Below, one piece after another: positions 53,108 through 63,081 of a stretch of DNA of 64,000 nucleotides (the stretch's first letter is position 1; every line of letters starts with the position of its first letter). Source of the stretch: a virus; the IMG/VR virus record IMGVR_UViG_3300035180_002210, positions 1-64,000 of that record. One strand, given 5' to 3'. The notes under the pieces are model-generated. The model made no database searches. It worked only from the letters and a program-made list of their open reading frames with translations, and was not told where the DNA came from. The translations under genes and the position numbers were made by a program.

Positions 53108-54862
53108 ATGATTGTAATTAACGGACAAGTTCATAATGTGCCAGACGTGTACGGATCGACGAAAGTGATTGATCAGGCGACAGGGACGGCACCGGCTTTT
53201 AACGGGCTGCTGATTGTTGGGAACGCGAAGCAGGGTATTCCGTACTCAGCTGCTACCGGCGACCAGGTATTCATCCCTTTTTCAAGCGTAAACGCGGCGA
53301 AGAAGATTTTTGGTAACTGCGAGCTTACGCAGGCTTTTGCATGGGCGAAGCGCGGCGGCAGCCAGGTTGCCTATCTTTCCACACCGGCATTACTCACGCA
53401 GACAAAGACCGTAATTAAAGACGCAACCAGCCCGACACCTTTAGTGTGTTTTGACCTGACATCGAATCTTTACGGCGCAGTTGGCAACGACCATCAGTTG
53501 GCAATTACCGCCGACGGTACAGCCCATACACTGAGCTTCACGATCACACCGTCCAAGGCTTCGAAATTCCTTTCCGCTTCAGTGACCGCAGCTAAGCAGA
53601 TTCCGCTTATTGAAACGGAAGGACTGCATGTTGGGGACACCGTAATATTTACGGATAATTCGACTTCCCCTACCTACACATCGGCAACGCTGGTAAGTAT
53701 TGACACGGTGAATAACCGGGTTACGGTAGATACGGCAATTACCGTAGACGCTACCAAACAGGCAAGAATGTTCCTCCAGGACGTTTTAGGCGCAGTAACC
53801 AAGAAATTTACGGCAGTTAATACGGACCCGACAATCCTTGACCAGATCGTAGGATGGTTCAACAGCACCGGAATATTGACGGCAAGCGCGAAGGACTCTT
53901 CCGGAGCTTTCTATGCCGGGTCACCGGCAACCATAGCCACGATGAGCGCAACCTATTTAGGCGCACATACGCTTAAAACGGCAACCGGCTCATCAACTGA
54001 CGCGACAACGACCAGCGGCGGCGATTGGGACAACTTTATTACCGCTTTGCCACAGAAGATGGAAGAATTCCGGAACGTAAGGAAAAGCAGAATCCGCATT
54101 GTTAACGCGGTGACACCGGACGCAGGCGTTCATACCATGCTGAAAACAGGCGCGGCGCAAATGCGGGCAAACCTGAACTCCATAAAAGTGATTACCGGCT
54201 GCGGAGTAACCAGCGGCGTACTGGATGAGCTGCAGGATGTTTCTGCCTCAACCCATCCCTGGAAGCGCGCACTTGCCCTTGATACCGACGATATCACCCT
54301 TGCTTCAATTTCGCTGGAAGGCATACCGGCTTATTTGAGCTTAGCCCCTCAATACGCGGGTATGATGAGCTCGAACACCGTTCACAGAAACTTAACGATG
54401 GATCCGGTAGATGCAGTTTCCGTATCGAAGTTTTTCGGAGGATCGAACAAAGAAACAGAAACAACTTTCTGGCTGAAATCCGGCTGTTTAATTGTTTCAA
54501 CGACACAGGACGGTTTTGTGATCACCCAGGCGATAAATACTTATCTGAAACAGGATAAGAGCTGGAACGCCGATGACAACAAGACCTATCTTGACCAGCA
54601 GCGGCAGATTGCGGACTACGTAGACGAACGGGTACGGACCGCGCTGAAATCTGCACCGGGTAACGAGAACACGACGGAAACGAGTGTGACGAACCTTGCT
54701 TCGAATGAAATTACCCTATTGAAGGGTGAAGGCTATTTGAAGGACGCCAGCGGCATCACCAGCGTTTTCACGATAAACGGAGCTATCAAGGTAAAACCGA
54801 AATACTTCCTGATCGACAGCATTGATTTTATTGGTGTTGAGAACGAAATAGTTATTGTTTAA
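53108..54862 (+). CDS. Tail sheath protein
   Basis: PDVY, IVG.A..G.P, AKKIFG..EL and C-terminal I.QAINT...IDFI motifs; 584 aa. Confidence 0.85.
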   Translation: MIVINGQVHNVPDVYGSTKVIDQATGTAPAFNGLLIVGNAKQGIPYSAATGDQVFIPFSSVNAAKKIFGNCELTQAFAWAKRGGSQVAYLSTPALLTQTKTVIKDATSPTPLVCFDLTSNLYGAVGNDHQLAITADGTAHTLSFTITPSKASKFLSASVTAAKQIPLIETEGLHVGDTVIFTDNSTSPTYTSATLVSIDTVNNRVTVDTAITVDATKQARMFLQDVLGAVTKKFTAVNTDPTILDQIVGWFNSTGILTASAKDSSGAFYAGSPATIATMSATYLGAHTLKTATGSSTDATTTSGGDWDNFITALPQKMEEFRNVRKSRIRIVNAVTPDAGVHTMLKTGAAQMRANLNSIKVITGCGVTSGVLDELQDVSASTHPWKRALALDTDDITLASISLEGIPAYLSLAPQYAGMMSSNTVHRNLTMDPVDAVSVSKFFGGSNKETETTFWLKSGCLIVSTTQDGFVITQAINTYLKQDKSWNADDNKTYLDQQRQIADYVDERVRTALKSAPGNENTTETSVTNLASNEITLLKGEGYLKDASGITSVFTINGAIKVKPKYFLIDSIDFIGVENEIVIV

Positions 54863-54870
54863 GGCCTTCT

Positions 54871-54913
54871 TTCCCGCCTTGCCTGATGAGAAGAGGCAGG
54901 GCGGGGAAATTTT
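54871..54913 (+). terminator. Stem-loop between sheath and tube genes
   Basis: TTCCCGCCTTGCCT / AGGCAGGGCGGGGAA followed by ATTTT. Confidence 0.55.
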
Positions 54914-54959
54914 AACAAGCAGAAATTTATAATAGTTAAGTATAAGAAAGGATTTGAAA

Positions 54960-55538
54960 ATGTTTGGTTCATCGACATTGGGTTTACCGGTTCTGATTAA
55001 GACCATTAACAACCCGAACCAGTATTATAAAGGAAGATCGGGAAGCGCACTTGTTTTCCACCTCCTTGACGGGAATAATGATGTTATTGCCCGCGGACAG
55101 GGCGTAAGCCACAGCCAGGCACCACAGCAGAGCCCGTACATGGAGTTCGGCAAACGGAAAACGAGCGAGATCATAACCGGCGCCATGCCGGTAGGCCAGA
55201 TTTCCGTAAACACGCTGTTCACGATGGAAAGCAACGACCGCATGCCGACGGTCCGGAATCTGCCCGCCGATAAGGAATTCACGGCCATCATCCAGATTGG
55301 CCCGCACGAGGATCCGGAAGTGGCCAATGCAATACTGAACGTGTTCAAAGGTGTGAAGTTTGCAGGCGAACAGGGAAATATGAACGCGAACTCGATTTAC
55401 GTGATGAATTACAACTTCATGTACATTGAACGTTTATCCGGCGCCGAATGGGCCAAGGAGAATGGAAGCGCTGTCTATAACAAGATTGTTTCCATTGAAG
55501 TTGGTTCCAGAGATCAGATTCAGAACGGAGCCTATTAA
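54960..55538 (+). CDS. Tail tube protein
   Basis: Follows the sheath; IAR.Q.VS...EFG...EI..G...FKGV...N...FMY pattern. Confidence 0.75.
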   Translation: MFGSSTLGLPVLIKTINNPNQYYKGRSGSALVFHLLDGNNDVIARGQGVSHSQAPQQSPYMEFGKRKTSEIITGAMPVGQISVNTLFTMESNDRMPTVRNLPADKEFTAIIQIGPHEDPEVANAILNVFKGVKFAGEQGNMNANSIYVMNYNFMYIERLSGAEWAKENGSAVYNKIVSIEVGSRDQIQNGAY

Positions 55539-55540
55539 TC

Positions 55541-56050
55541 ATGAAAACCGCAGCAGTAGAGATTAATGGCCAGACTTTTGCCTTTAGAGTTGAAGAGACC
55601 ATTCTTGACGAGATCAAGATTGAGAATGAGGCTGCCTCCCTCATGGGGGGAGTGCAGCCGCTTTCCGAACTGAAAAGCGCTATCGACGAAACGTTGAACC
55701 AATACCATAAATCGAATGATGATAAGTATGGCAAGGTTGAGTACGCAGAAATGCGGGCTAAGTTTGACGCATTGCGAAAAACAAAGGACGGAGAACTGCC
55801 GGAGGGTGAGCGGGAAGTTGTAAATGAAGCCTATACGAAGTTATGGGAGCAGATAAACGACAACCGGCACTTTGTGGCGTATTTACGGCTGCAGACGCAG
55901 CTTGACAATATTTACGGCTTCGCCAGGATAATTGTGCTTTGCCAGGAGAAACCACAGGGATTCAACTTCCGGGATCAGAAAAGCGACTTCATGAAGGAGG
56001 TTCTCGCTGCGCTCGACGCGCAGAAGTTTTTTTTTCGCGGAGCGAATTAA
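55541..56050 (+). CDS. Tail assembly chaperone
   Basis: Between tube and tape measure genes; ends in a slippery T9-CGC. Confidence 0.75.
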   Translation: MKTAAVEINGQTFAFRVEETILDEIKIENEAASLMGGVQPLSELKSAIDETLNQYHKSNDDKYGKVEYAEMRAKFDALRKTKDGELPEGEREVVNEAYTKLWEQINDNRHFVAYLRLQTQLDNIYGFARIIVLCQEKPQGFNFRDQKSDFMKEVLAALDAQKFFFRGAN

Positions 56051-56471
56051 GAAGCTAAGGCGCCTTATTGACCTGACGGAAGAAGAGCAGGCGAAGGATA
56101 AGGAGTTTATTACTGAAGCGGTCAAACAAGGCCAGGATTTACGGCACTGGTGGAAGGCCCATTATAATTACAGCAGGACGGACCCGAGGTATTTAGCAGC
56201 GACGGACTCAGTTATTTATGAAGACTACCTTGATTTTGTCATCGGCAAATTCAGGCCTGCAGTTGATTCGGAAGTTGGGTTAGACCTTTTTCTTGGCAGG
56301 CAGGAAGATCCGAAGTTTGATCAACGAATGAACGATAATTTCAAGAATAATTTGAAACAGGCGATAGAGCAATTCAATGCTCCGGCAGATAAATCAGCCG
56401 GCAAAGATGACAGCAAAGATGACCGCAAACAATCGGATGAAAACACGGAAGAAGTAAATGCAGGAAGTTAA
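56037..56471 (+). CDS. Frameshift extension of the tail assembly chaperone (+1 frame, no own start)
   Basis: Open frame AERIKKLRRL...LRHWWKAHYNYSRTDPRYLAATD...; overlaps the tape measure start. Confidence 0.75.
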   Translation, partial: AERIKKLRRLIDLTEEEQAKDKEFITEAVKQGQDLRHWWKAHYNYSRTDPRYLAATDSVIYEDYLDFVIGKFRPAVDSEVGLDLFLGRQEDPKFDQRMNDNFKNNLKQAIEQFNAPADKSAGKDDSKDDRKQSDENTEEVNAGS

Positions 56472-58959
56472 CAATCTCAGATTAGATATAATTGCGAATC
56501 TCAAAGCGGAAGGTTTTGAGAATGTTGAGAATTATATCCGGAAGCTGGATGATGTTATAGGGCAGACTACGCAGAAAGCGCAGAGGGATTATTCCGGGGT
56601 TTTGAACAGTCCCAGCTATATGCAGAATAAATCCGGGCTTGATGAGAACCAGATTAAGCAGGCTGCTCAGTTTGAAGATACCTTCCGGCAGAGTTTGGCG
56701 CAAATGCAGGATCAGCTTATGGGAACGCATGCGGACACCGCCGAACGATTAGGCTATTATCAATACCTTGGGGGAAAAGTTCAGCCGCCACAGGTAATGT
56801 CTCTCAGACGGGGTATAATTTCCAGTTATAGCAATGTGTTCAACAGGATGAACGAATGGCAGAGCAGCGCGGAAACTTTACGCAACCAGCACGGGCCGGA
56901 CTCAGAAATGGGCGGCATAATGGAAGCGCAGATAGCCAGTATTAAAAACCAGAAGTCCGCCATCCTTGATTCCATCCGGGAAGAGTTGAAGATATTCGAT
57001 GAAATGGCGCAGAAATTTGCCAAGGTGAAGGGCGAAGGCACTGAATTTATAAAGAAGCTTGGCCAGATATTTTCCATAGGGTATATGATATCACAGGCCG
57101 GGCAAATGGCAAAATGGGCTATGCACGGTTCAGTGGTTGAGTCTGAAATTGGCGGCCATTACAGGACGGCGTTTGATTACACCAGCCCCATTGGTTCATA
57201 TTCAGCAGGGATGGAAGCACAGTTGTTTGAGCGCATGCAACGGCGTTCCTACGCGGCTCAGGGCTGGCAAACAGGAGCGGGTATAGCGCAAGGCGCGGGC
57301 ATGGCGTTTATCTCATCAGGCAACCCGTATGCAATGTTGGCAGGCGGTGTGCTCGCCGTATTAGGCACGATAGGAGGCGCCTACGCGGGGAACCAGGCAC
57401 AGATAGCGAACATTGAGGACCAGAGCCGGATCCAGGAACAGTTGAAAATGACTTCGCAGTTTTATTCAATGGCTAAACCGGCGGTTGATCTTGCGCTGCG
57501 GATTGAAAATTTAGGAATGAGGACGAGGCGGAGGACGGGAGCCAATTTAAGCGGCGGAGAGCTGCGCGATCTTGGGTTAACAATGGAAGAAGGACTGGGA
57601 GTTGAAAATTCCTTTTCCGCTTCACGCGGTTACTACGACGGTGATCTGATGCACGAACAGGCAACATGGGCGAAAGCGCATGGACTTGAACCGGGCGCGC
57701 TGTTCGGGGTGAACAGAACTTCAATGATAACCGGAGAAAGTTACGGCGCGGCTTACCAATTACAGGCAACAAAGTATGCGAAAGCTGCCGGATATGCTGA
57801 TCCTAACAAAGCAATTGAATATCTGGCAAAAATAGCCGACACCCAGGTTCAAATGCTGCAATTATCGGTAAAGGCAGATTTGAAAGATACGATGACCTTG
57901 TTTTCCATGCCGAGTAAATTGTTTGGTCCCGATTCTCCCTACGGTAAAATGGACGTAATGGGAGGCCGGACCATGAACACGCTTGCAAACCTAATGCAGC
58001 CGGGCGACAGGGCATCGGAAGCATGGCTTTATTCCTCTCTTGGATTAAGCCCGAAAGAGTTTAACGAGATGAAAAAGGGCGGCATGATGAATAACCTGGA
58101 CAGCTTCCAGAAGGCCATGCGAACCCTACAACGGATCGGCGCGGGAATGGAACCGAACCAGTTTTATTTTATGCTCGATCATTTGTTTAAGGACGGTCCA
58201 CAGGGGATGGTCCCGCATATTCAGGAGCTTTTAACGAAGGGAAGCGTGAGCTGGACTGATAAGGAGGGGAAATCTCAGTCCACTTCCTTATCGAAATTAT
58301 TTTCTCCCGACACCGGAGTAAGTAAAGCTGAACAGGATAAATTTACCAAAGACATGCAGACGGACGCCCAAAATTCCGTTACTAAACTGAACCGGTTGAA
58401 TTTTACGATGGAGGACATAAATAAGAAGATAGGTGACACTTCTTCGAAAACTATTATTGGAATGATGGTTGAGCAGGCCCGGTTTTCCGAAAAGTTATTC
58501 GGGCAGGACGGGGTAATGGAACAGCTTAATAAGGCCTCGAGATGGGGACAGATTGAACAGTATTCCTCAGCGGTTAAGAACGGAATTATCGGCTTCGGAA
58601 AAGTTGAAGGTATTCTTTCAAAAATGTATAAAGATCCGGATGAATTATTAAACGCTCTTTACCATGTTGCCGAGAATAACGACCAGGAATCAATATTGAA
58701 GGAGAACGCCAGGAACTATGTTGCCGGTAAAAAACGGATACAGCATGAAATAGGCGTTAGGAAGGTAATTAACGAAGCAAAGTCTCATGGTGATGCAGGC
58801 GGAGATTCGTACAATGGAGTTATTGAAGTTTTACACAGCATTCATTCGCGTTTAGGTGATTTGGCAAACGCGCCGAATATAAATCACCTGCATATCAATG
58901 GGAGTAACCCGAATGAGGTTTGGGAACTGGCGAACAGTTCCACCGGAGGATTGGGATGA
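56458..58959 (+). CDS. Tape measure protein
   Basis: 833 aa, helical, Gly/Ala-rich hydrophobic patch, canonical position. Confidence 0.75.
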   Translation: MQEVNNLRLDIIANLKAEGFENVENYIRKLDDVIGQTTQKAQRDYSGVLNSPSYMQNKSGLDENQIKQAAQFEDTFRQSLAQMQDQLMGTHADTAERLGYYQYLGGKVQPPQVMSLRRGIISSYSNVFNRMNEWQSSAETLRNQHGPDSEMGGIMEAQIASIKNQKSAILDSIREELKIFDEMAQKFAKVKGEGTEFIKKLGQIFSIGYMISQAGQMAKWAMHGSVVESEIGGHYRTAFDYTSPIGSYSAGMEAQLFERMQRRSYAAQGWQTGAGIAQGAGMAFISSGNPYAMLAGGVLAVLGTIGGAYAGNQAQIANIEDQSRIQEQLKMTSQFYSMAKPAVDLALRIENLGMRTRRRTGANLSGGELRDLGLTMEEGLGVENSFSASRGYYDGDLMHEQATWAKAHGLEPGALFGVNRTSMITGESYGAAYQLQATKYAKAAGYADPNKAIEYLAKIADTQVQMLQLSVKADLKDTMTLFSMPSKLFGPDSPYGKMDVMGGRTMNTLANLMQPGDRASEAWLYSSLGLSPKEFNEMKKGGMMNNLDSFQKAMRTLQRIGAGMEPNQFYFMLDHLFKDGPQGMVPHIQELLTKGSVSWTDKEGKSQSTSLSKLFSPDTGVSKAEQDKFTKDMQTDAQNSVTKLNRLNFTMEDINKKIGDTSSKTIIGMMVEQARFSEKLFGQDGVMEQLNKASRWGQIEQYSSAVKNGIIGFGKVEGILSKMYKDPDELLNALYHVAENNDQESILKENARNYVAGKKRIQHEIGVRKVINEAKSHGDAGGDSYNGVIEVLHSIHSRLGDLANAPNINHLHINGSNPNEVWELANSSTGGLG

Positions 58960-60701
58960 GAGAACAAAAACGGCACATACAGCCGAAAGTTTTCCTTTAC
59001 AATGTTGGCGGCGGTCTAAGGCTGGATGAATTTGTGCAGAGCATAACGATACATAAATCGCTTGAAGGTGAAGTTCATTCACTGCTAATTACGCTTAATC
59101 CGGTATTGCGACCGACGAAAAAGCCCTATACCACGACCACGAATATGATAAGCTACTGGCGGAAGATCATACGGCCTTTCCAGATCATTTGCGCTACCAT
59201 CGACGGACAACGGGAAGACTGGACCTTTTTAGGGTTGATAGATCAGCCGACAGAAGGGAACACCATAGGCAGCGGCCAAGGATCCAAGACATTCAGCTTC
59301 AGCGCGGGATTGTTACTGCCAAAGTTATTGTCCGCGCAGAAAATAGTTACTTCGCAGATGCTTGTAGATATGAACAACGCGAAGATAAAGCAGGCGTTCG
59401 GGGATAATCTTTCCTTCTTCAAATGGGTACGGGGCTATGTGGACCGCATTGATAAAAACGTTTTTCAGGGTAATAAGCCCGAGGACGCGATCCGCTGGAT
59501 ATTGAACAATTGCCTGCATATAAAATATATTCCGACTTTTGACATTCATGGTGGGGTTGAGGTCCAGCGGATTGACACCAGCGAATTTTTGGGATGGAAA
59601 AATGACAAGGTTAAAAATGACGTTCTCGATTTTAAGATTTTAGAGGAAGATTTATTATACGATCCGACATTAACGACTTACACAGGCACTATACTTGAAT
59701 ATATCAAAAGTTGCCTTGATATGGGGTTCTATGAGTTGTTTTTTGATACGATCACCAGGAACGGGCAGCCCTATAACTGCATGAAGATACGGACCATTCC
59801 TTATTCAAGCAGGAAAGTAAACAGCAAGAGCCCATTCAGCTCGACCGCGAACTGGGCATACTGGGATGATCTGCCGGTTTATACCATAGATGACAGTAAA
59901 CGGCTTAGCGATAATCTTGCAATATCGGACCGGGAAATTGGAAATTATTTCCAGATGCACTTTGACAATAATATCATGGGAGCACCAGGCGGAGTAATGG
60001 ACACTTTCGGGTACGGGTTTCCCTTGGTTAATACTGATTCGGCGCAAATGTACGGCCTGCGCGAAATTGGCGGCAGGACGAAAATGATTTTGAACATGGC
60101 GCCGGAGATTATTAATAAAGGGCCGTATACTTCCCAGAGCGGGCTTTTGCAGGATATTTACAATAACGTACTGCCAATTCTAAACAGCGCACAGAAGCAA
60201 TATGAAATCAGCCTGAATGAATATCTATTCGTCCGGAGAGAAAAACTTGCGGAGTGGTTCAGCTTCCCGAATTATGAATGCGGACAACTTTCGATTGTTG
60301 GGGATGAGGATGCCACAATAGGGATGAAGCTGGATTATACGGACCGGGAATATTTTGAAGCTTTATTTTTTGGCGAGATGGTAGACGCTTCCGGGGCTAT
60401 CAGGAAAGAAAATTTTAAGGAGATATCCGGCAGGGGAATGGAATATTATATCAAGGGTGTGACGCACAGTTATACTTACCCGGGATTTTTCCAGACTAAC
60501 TTGCAGCTTACCCGCGGAGTTCCCAAGGGAGGACAGATAGCCGATTGGTACGCAGCGGTAAGGCCGCATTTTACAGCCGCGAATCTCAACTATGAAGGAG
60601 AAAAGGTTTTACCGGCCAACAGCGCAATTATAATTCCATGTGATATATTAAGGCCGGTGGAAATTGGGGATAGTGTAACCGTGAATAAAGGCGCGAAATG
60701 A
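58956..60701 (+). CDS. Baseplate hub protein
   Basis: Follows the tape measure; FYELFFD, YGLR, G.L.I.G...IG and YYIKGVTH...T.L.LTRG motifs. Confidence 0.7.
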   Translation: MREQKRHIQPKVFLYNVGGGLRLDEFVQSITIHKSLEGEVHSLLITLNPVLRPTKKPYTTTTNMISYWRKIIRPFQIICATIDGQREDWTFLGLIDQPTEGNTIGSGQGSKTFSFSAGLLLPKLLSAQKIVTSQMLVDMNNAKIKQAFGDNLSFFKWVRGYVDRIDKNVFQGNKPEDAIRWILNNCLHIKYIPTFDIHGGVEVQRIDTSEFLGWKNDKVKNDVLDFKILEEDLLYDPTLTTYTGTILEYIKSCLDMGFYELFFDTITRNGQPYNCMKIRTIPYSSRKVNSKSPFSSTANWAYWDDLPVYTIDDSKRLSDNLAISDREIGNYFQMHFDNNIMGAPGGVMDTFGYGFPLVNTDSAQMYGLREIGGRTKMILNMAPEIINKGPYTSQSGLLQDIYNNVLPILNSAQKQYEISLNEYLFVRREKLAEWFSFPNYECGQLSIVGDEDATIGMKLDYTDREYFEALFFGEMVDASGAIRKENFKEISGRGMEYYIKGVTHSYTYPGFFQTNLQLTRGVPKGGQIADWYAAVRPHFTAANLNYEGEKVLPANSAIIIPCDILRPVEIGDSVTVNKGAK

Positions 60702-61585
60702 AAGGGTATGAACCAACTTTACCGAGTATATCAGGAAAAGGCACCAGGGCATTATTTACCCAGGGCAGGCTTGTATGCTTTAAGCTAAAGGACGGAGGAT
60801 ATACTACTTATCTCGAAGACCGGTACCAGAAGCGGTACGCATGGGACAGATTAGTTTTTCTTTCTTCAGGCTGGAATGCCAGCGACGGTAACAATAATCT
60901 ACCTAAGCCATTTATTATTGATGAGAGCAATAAGGTTTTACAAAGCGGCGATACTATTATTTATGTAATGCTCAGCAGTGACCTGCTACTGGTCCTGGGA
61001 TCGGCGCGGACTCCATACCCGCACCTGGACGATAATTTGAATGCGGACCCGACGGACCCGAATAGTTTTGAACCGAGTCAAGTGCGGAATAACGATAACC
61101 GGTACTGGCAGTGGAAAGATGACGGGAAAGGCGGCCTTGCTTTATACCTTGAAGGGAAAGAAGGAGGCACCGGTAATTTTGGCGTAATGGTTTCGGGGAA
61201 AGGGGTGAATGGCAATTTTTATTTGAAGGTAAACGGCGGCGCTTACTTGACAAAACTTGACAAGACAGGCAAAGCCATATCCAGCTTCGGGGTTGATAAG
61301 GACGGGAATTATATAGTTGATGCAGGCGGGACGGTAACTCTTCAGAAGCGGAACGGAACCGATGTTATAGCAAAAATGAGCATGGACGCCCAGGGTAATT
61401 TTGATATAAGCGGAAACGGGAAAATGAATATTACGATGAACGGGATTGATCTGCTTTCCGTTTTAAGCGATCTGATAACCGAGACAGGAAACATTAAGAC
61501 TATGGTCCAAGGCGCGCCGGTACCGCCGAGTAATTTTGCAAACTTCCCCTTGCTGAAAGCTAAAATTGACGGGATGAGGAAATGA
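60698..61585 (+). CDS. Baseplate spike (gpV-like)
   Basis: N-terminal OB-like region, beta-repeat C-terminus ending PP.N...F. Confidence 0.65.
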   Translation: MKGYEPTLPSISGKGTRALFTQGRLVCFKLKDGGYTTYLEDRYQKRYAWDRLVFLSSGWNASDGNNNLPKPFIIDESNKVLQSGDTIIYVMLSSDLLLVLGSARTPYPHLDDNLNADPTDPNSFEPSQVRNNDNRYWQWKDDGKGGLALYLEGKEGGTGNFGVMVSGKGVNGNFYLKVNGGAYLTKLDKTGKAISSFGVDKDGNYIVDAGGTVTLQKRNGTDVIAKMSMDAQGNFDISGNGKMNITMNGIDLLSVLSDLITETGNIKTMVQGAPVPPSNFANFPLLKAKIDGMRK

Positions 61586-62304
61586 TACAGAAATTTTCGA
61601 TACCAAAAGCGGAGTATGTAGTTTTCCAGTTGGTGAGCCTTGACAGTTCAACGACAGTAACCGTTATTGATACTATTTATCTGGCGCTGCTGCCTAATAA
61701 TTTTGGTTACGGCCTGCAGAGCCGGGACTCAATTGTTAAAACGCACAGTCAGGTTTTTACGAACGCGGTTGACTATGCGCCGGAAAAGGTAAGGATATCG
61801 GGGACGTTTGGACAGAGGCCGCGGTATATGGCCGGTACTTACATGGACGGATGGAGCAGGCTGAAACAGTTTGAAGATACGATAGTCCGGAAGTCTAAAA
61901 CAAGGGACGGTGACACGCATTACGCGATAAACTATTATGATTATGTGTTCCAGCGCTTTGGCAGCATCAATATAGGTGATTGGAGCATCGACGGGAACGC
62001 GGATTCCAACGCACAGTTAGTTCCTTACGCGTTAAATTTTGTGATCACCGGAGATTTAATCCTGGTGGACAATACGGATCCGCTGCTTTATATGCTGCAG
62101 AAGGTGTATTCACCGGTTGACGGTATCTATAAAAGCATAGTGGCCGCGGCTGATTCGTTAGCGGCGAGCCTGGCAATAGTGAGCATTGCTGCTGAAATAG
62201 TTGAAATTGCCAGTGTGCTCACCGAGCCATTGGCGCAGGTGACGAGCCTGATTGTAGATGTACAGGGAGCGAAGATCAGTCCGGCATTGAAGGGAATAGG
62301 ATAA
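61582..62304 (+). CDS. Baseplate / tube-initiator-like protein
   Basis: LLP......SR...T...V.ISGTFG...Y.L.F pattern; position. Confidence 0.55.
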   Translation: MIQKFSIPKAEYVVFQLVSLDSSTTVTVIDTIYLALLPNNFGYGLQSRDSIVKTHSQVFTNAVDYAPEKVRISGTFGQRPRYMAGTYMDGWSRLKQFEDTIVRKSKTRDGDTHYAINYYDYVFQRFGSINIGDWSIDGNADSNAQLVPYALNFVITGDLILVDNTDPLLYMLQKVYSPVDGIYKSIVAAADSLAASLAIVSIAAEIVEIASVLTEPLAQVTSLIVDVQGAKISPALKGIG

Positions 62305-63081
62305 ATGGAAGCAGCGGCAACAATTTACACAAACGCGGCAATTTTGGAAGCAAAGGTAAAAACTGCTTTGCAGGCTTTATTGCCGGTGACAGACGAGTAT
62401 GATTTGAATAATACTTCCGAGGCCGTTCATAACCTTGAACTCACTTTACGTCAGGCGCGCATGCTGCTGGTGTATGAGCGGTTCGCGAAGCTGAGCAGAG
62501 AAGATTTTATTACGCTTACTTCCGCGCAGGCCGGAGGGCTGGTGTTGCGGGATTACACGATATCCAGTTTTGATACGCCGTCGAAAATAGCGGCAAAGTT
62601 CGGGATGAATCTGGATGATCTTACACAGTTAAACAATCTGAAATCATCGCAGTTTACGCAAGGACGAACTATTCATGTTTATGTTCCAGCCGGGACGGTT
62701 ACGGTGACGAAAAGCGATATTCCGGTCTACGGGAGCCATAAGGGCCGGGATATACTGGGAACGGATATTCCAGCAGCGCCGTTCTTTGTAAAAAATGACC
62801 TTGCGGTTTTGAGCCCGGAAGATACTTTCATACAGGGGGTGAATATACTTACCAGTTTGATAAAAGGGGACTACCCGATGGTTGACATTGGAATAACAAA
62901 CTATGCAGGCAGTGATTTGCCGGATGACCTTGTAGATAATTTATTAACGACGGAATTACTGGCCCAGTTGGATCTTGACGGACGTATTGCATCGGCAGAC
63001 GCCATCGTGATCAACCGGCAGGAGGGCGCAATAACAGCGCAGGTAAAAGTAACATCAATAAACGGGTATAGCAATGATTAA
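62305..63081 (+). CDS. LysM-containing baseplate wedge (gp25-like C-terminus)
   Basis: YTI...DT..KIAAKFG.....L..LN.L (LysM); L..D.RI in the C-terminus. Confidence 0.7.
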   Translation: MEAAATIYTNAAILEAKVKTALQALLPVTDEYDLNNTSEAVHNLELTLRQARMLLVYERFAKLSREDFITLTSAQAGGLVLRDYTISSFDTPSKIAAKFGMNLDDLTQLNNLKSSQFTQGRTIHVYVPAGTVTVTKSDIPVYGSHKGRDILGTDIPAAPFFVKNDLAVLSPEDTFIQGVNILTSLIKGDYPMVDIGITNYAGSDLPDDLVDNLLTTELLAQLDLDGRIASADAIVINRQEGAITAQVKVTSINGYSND

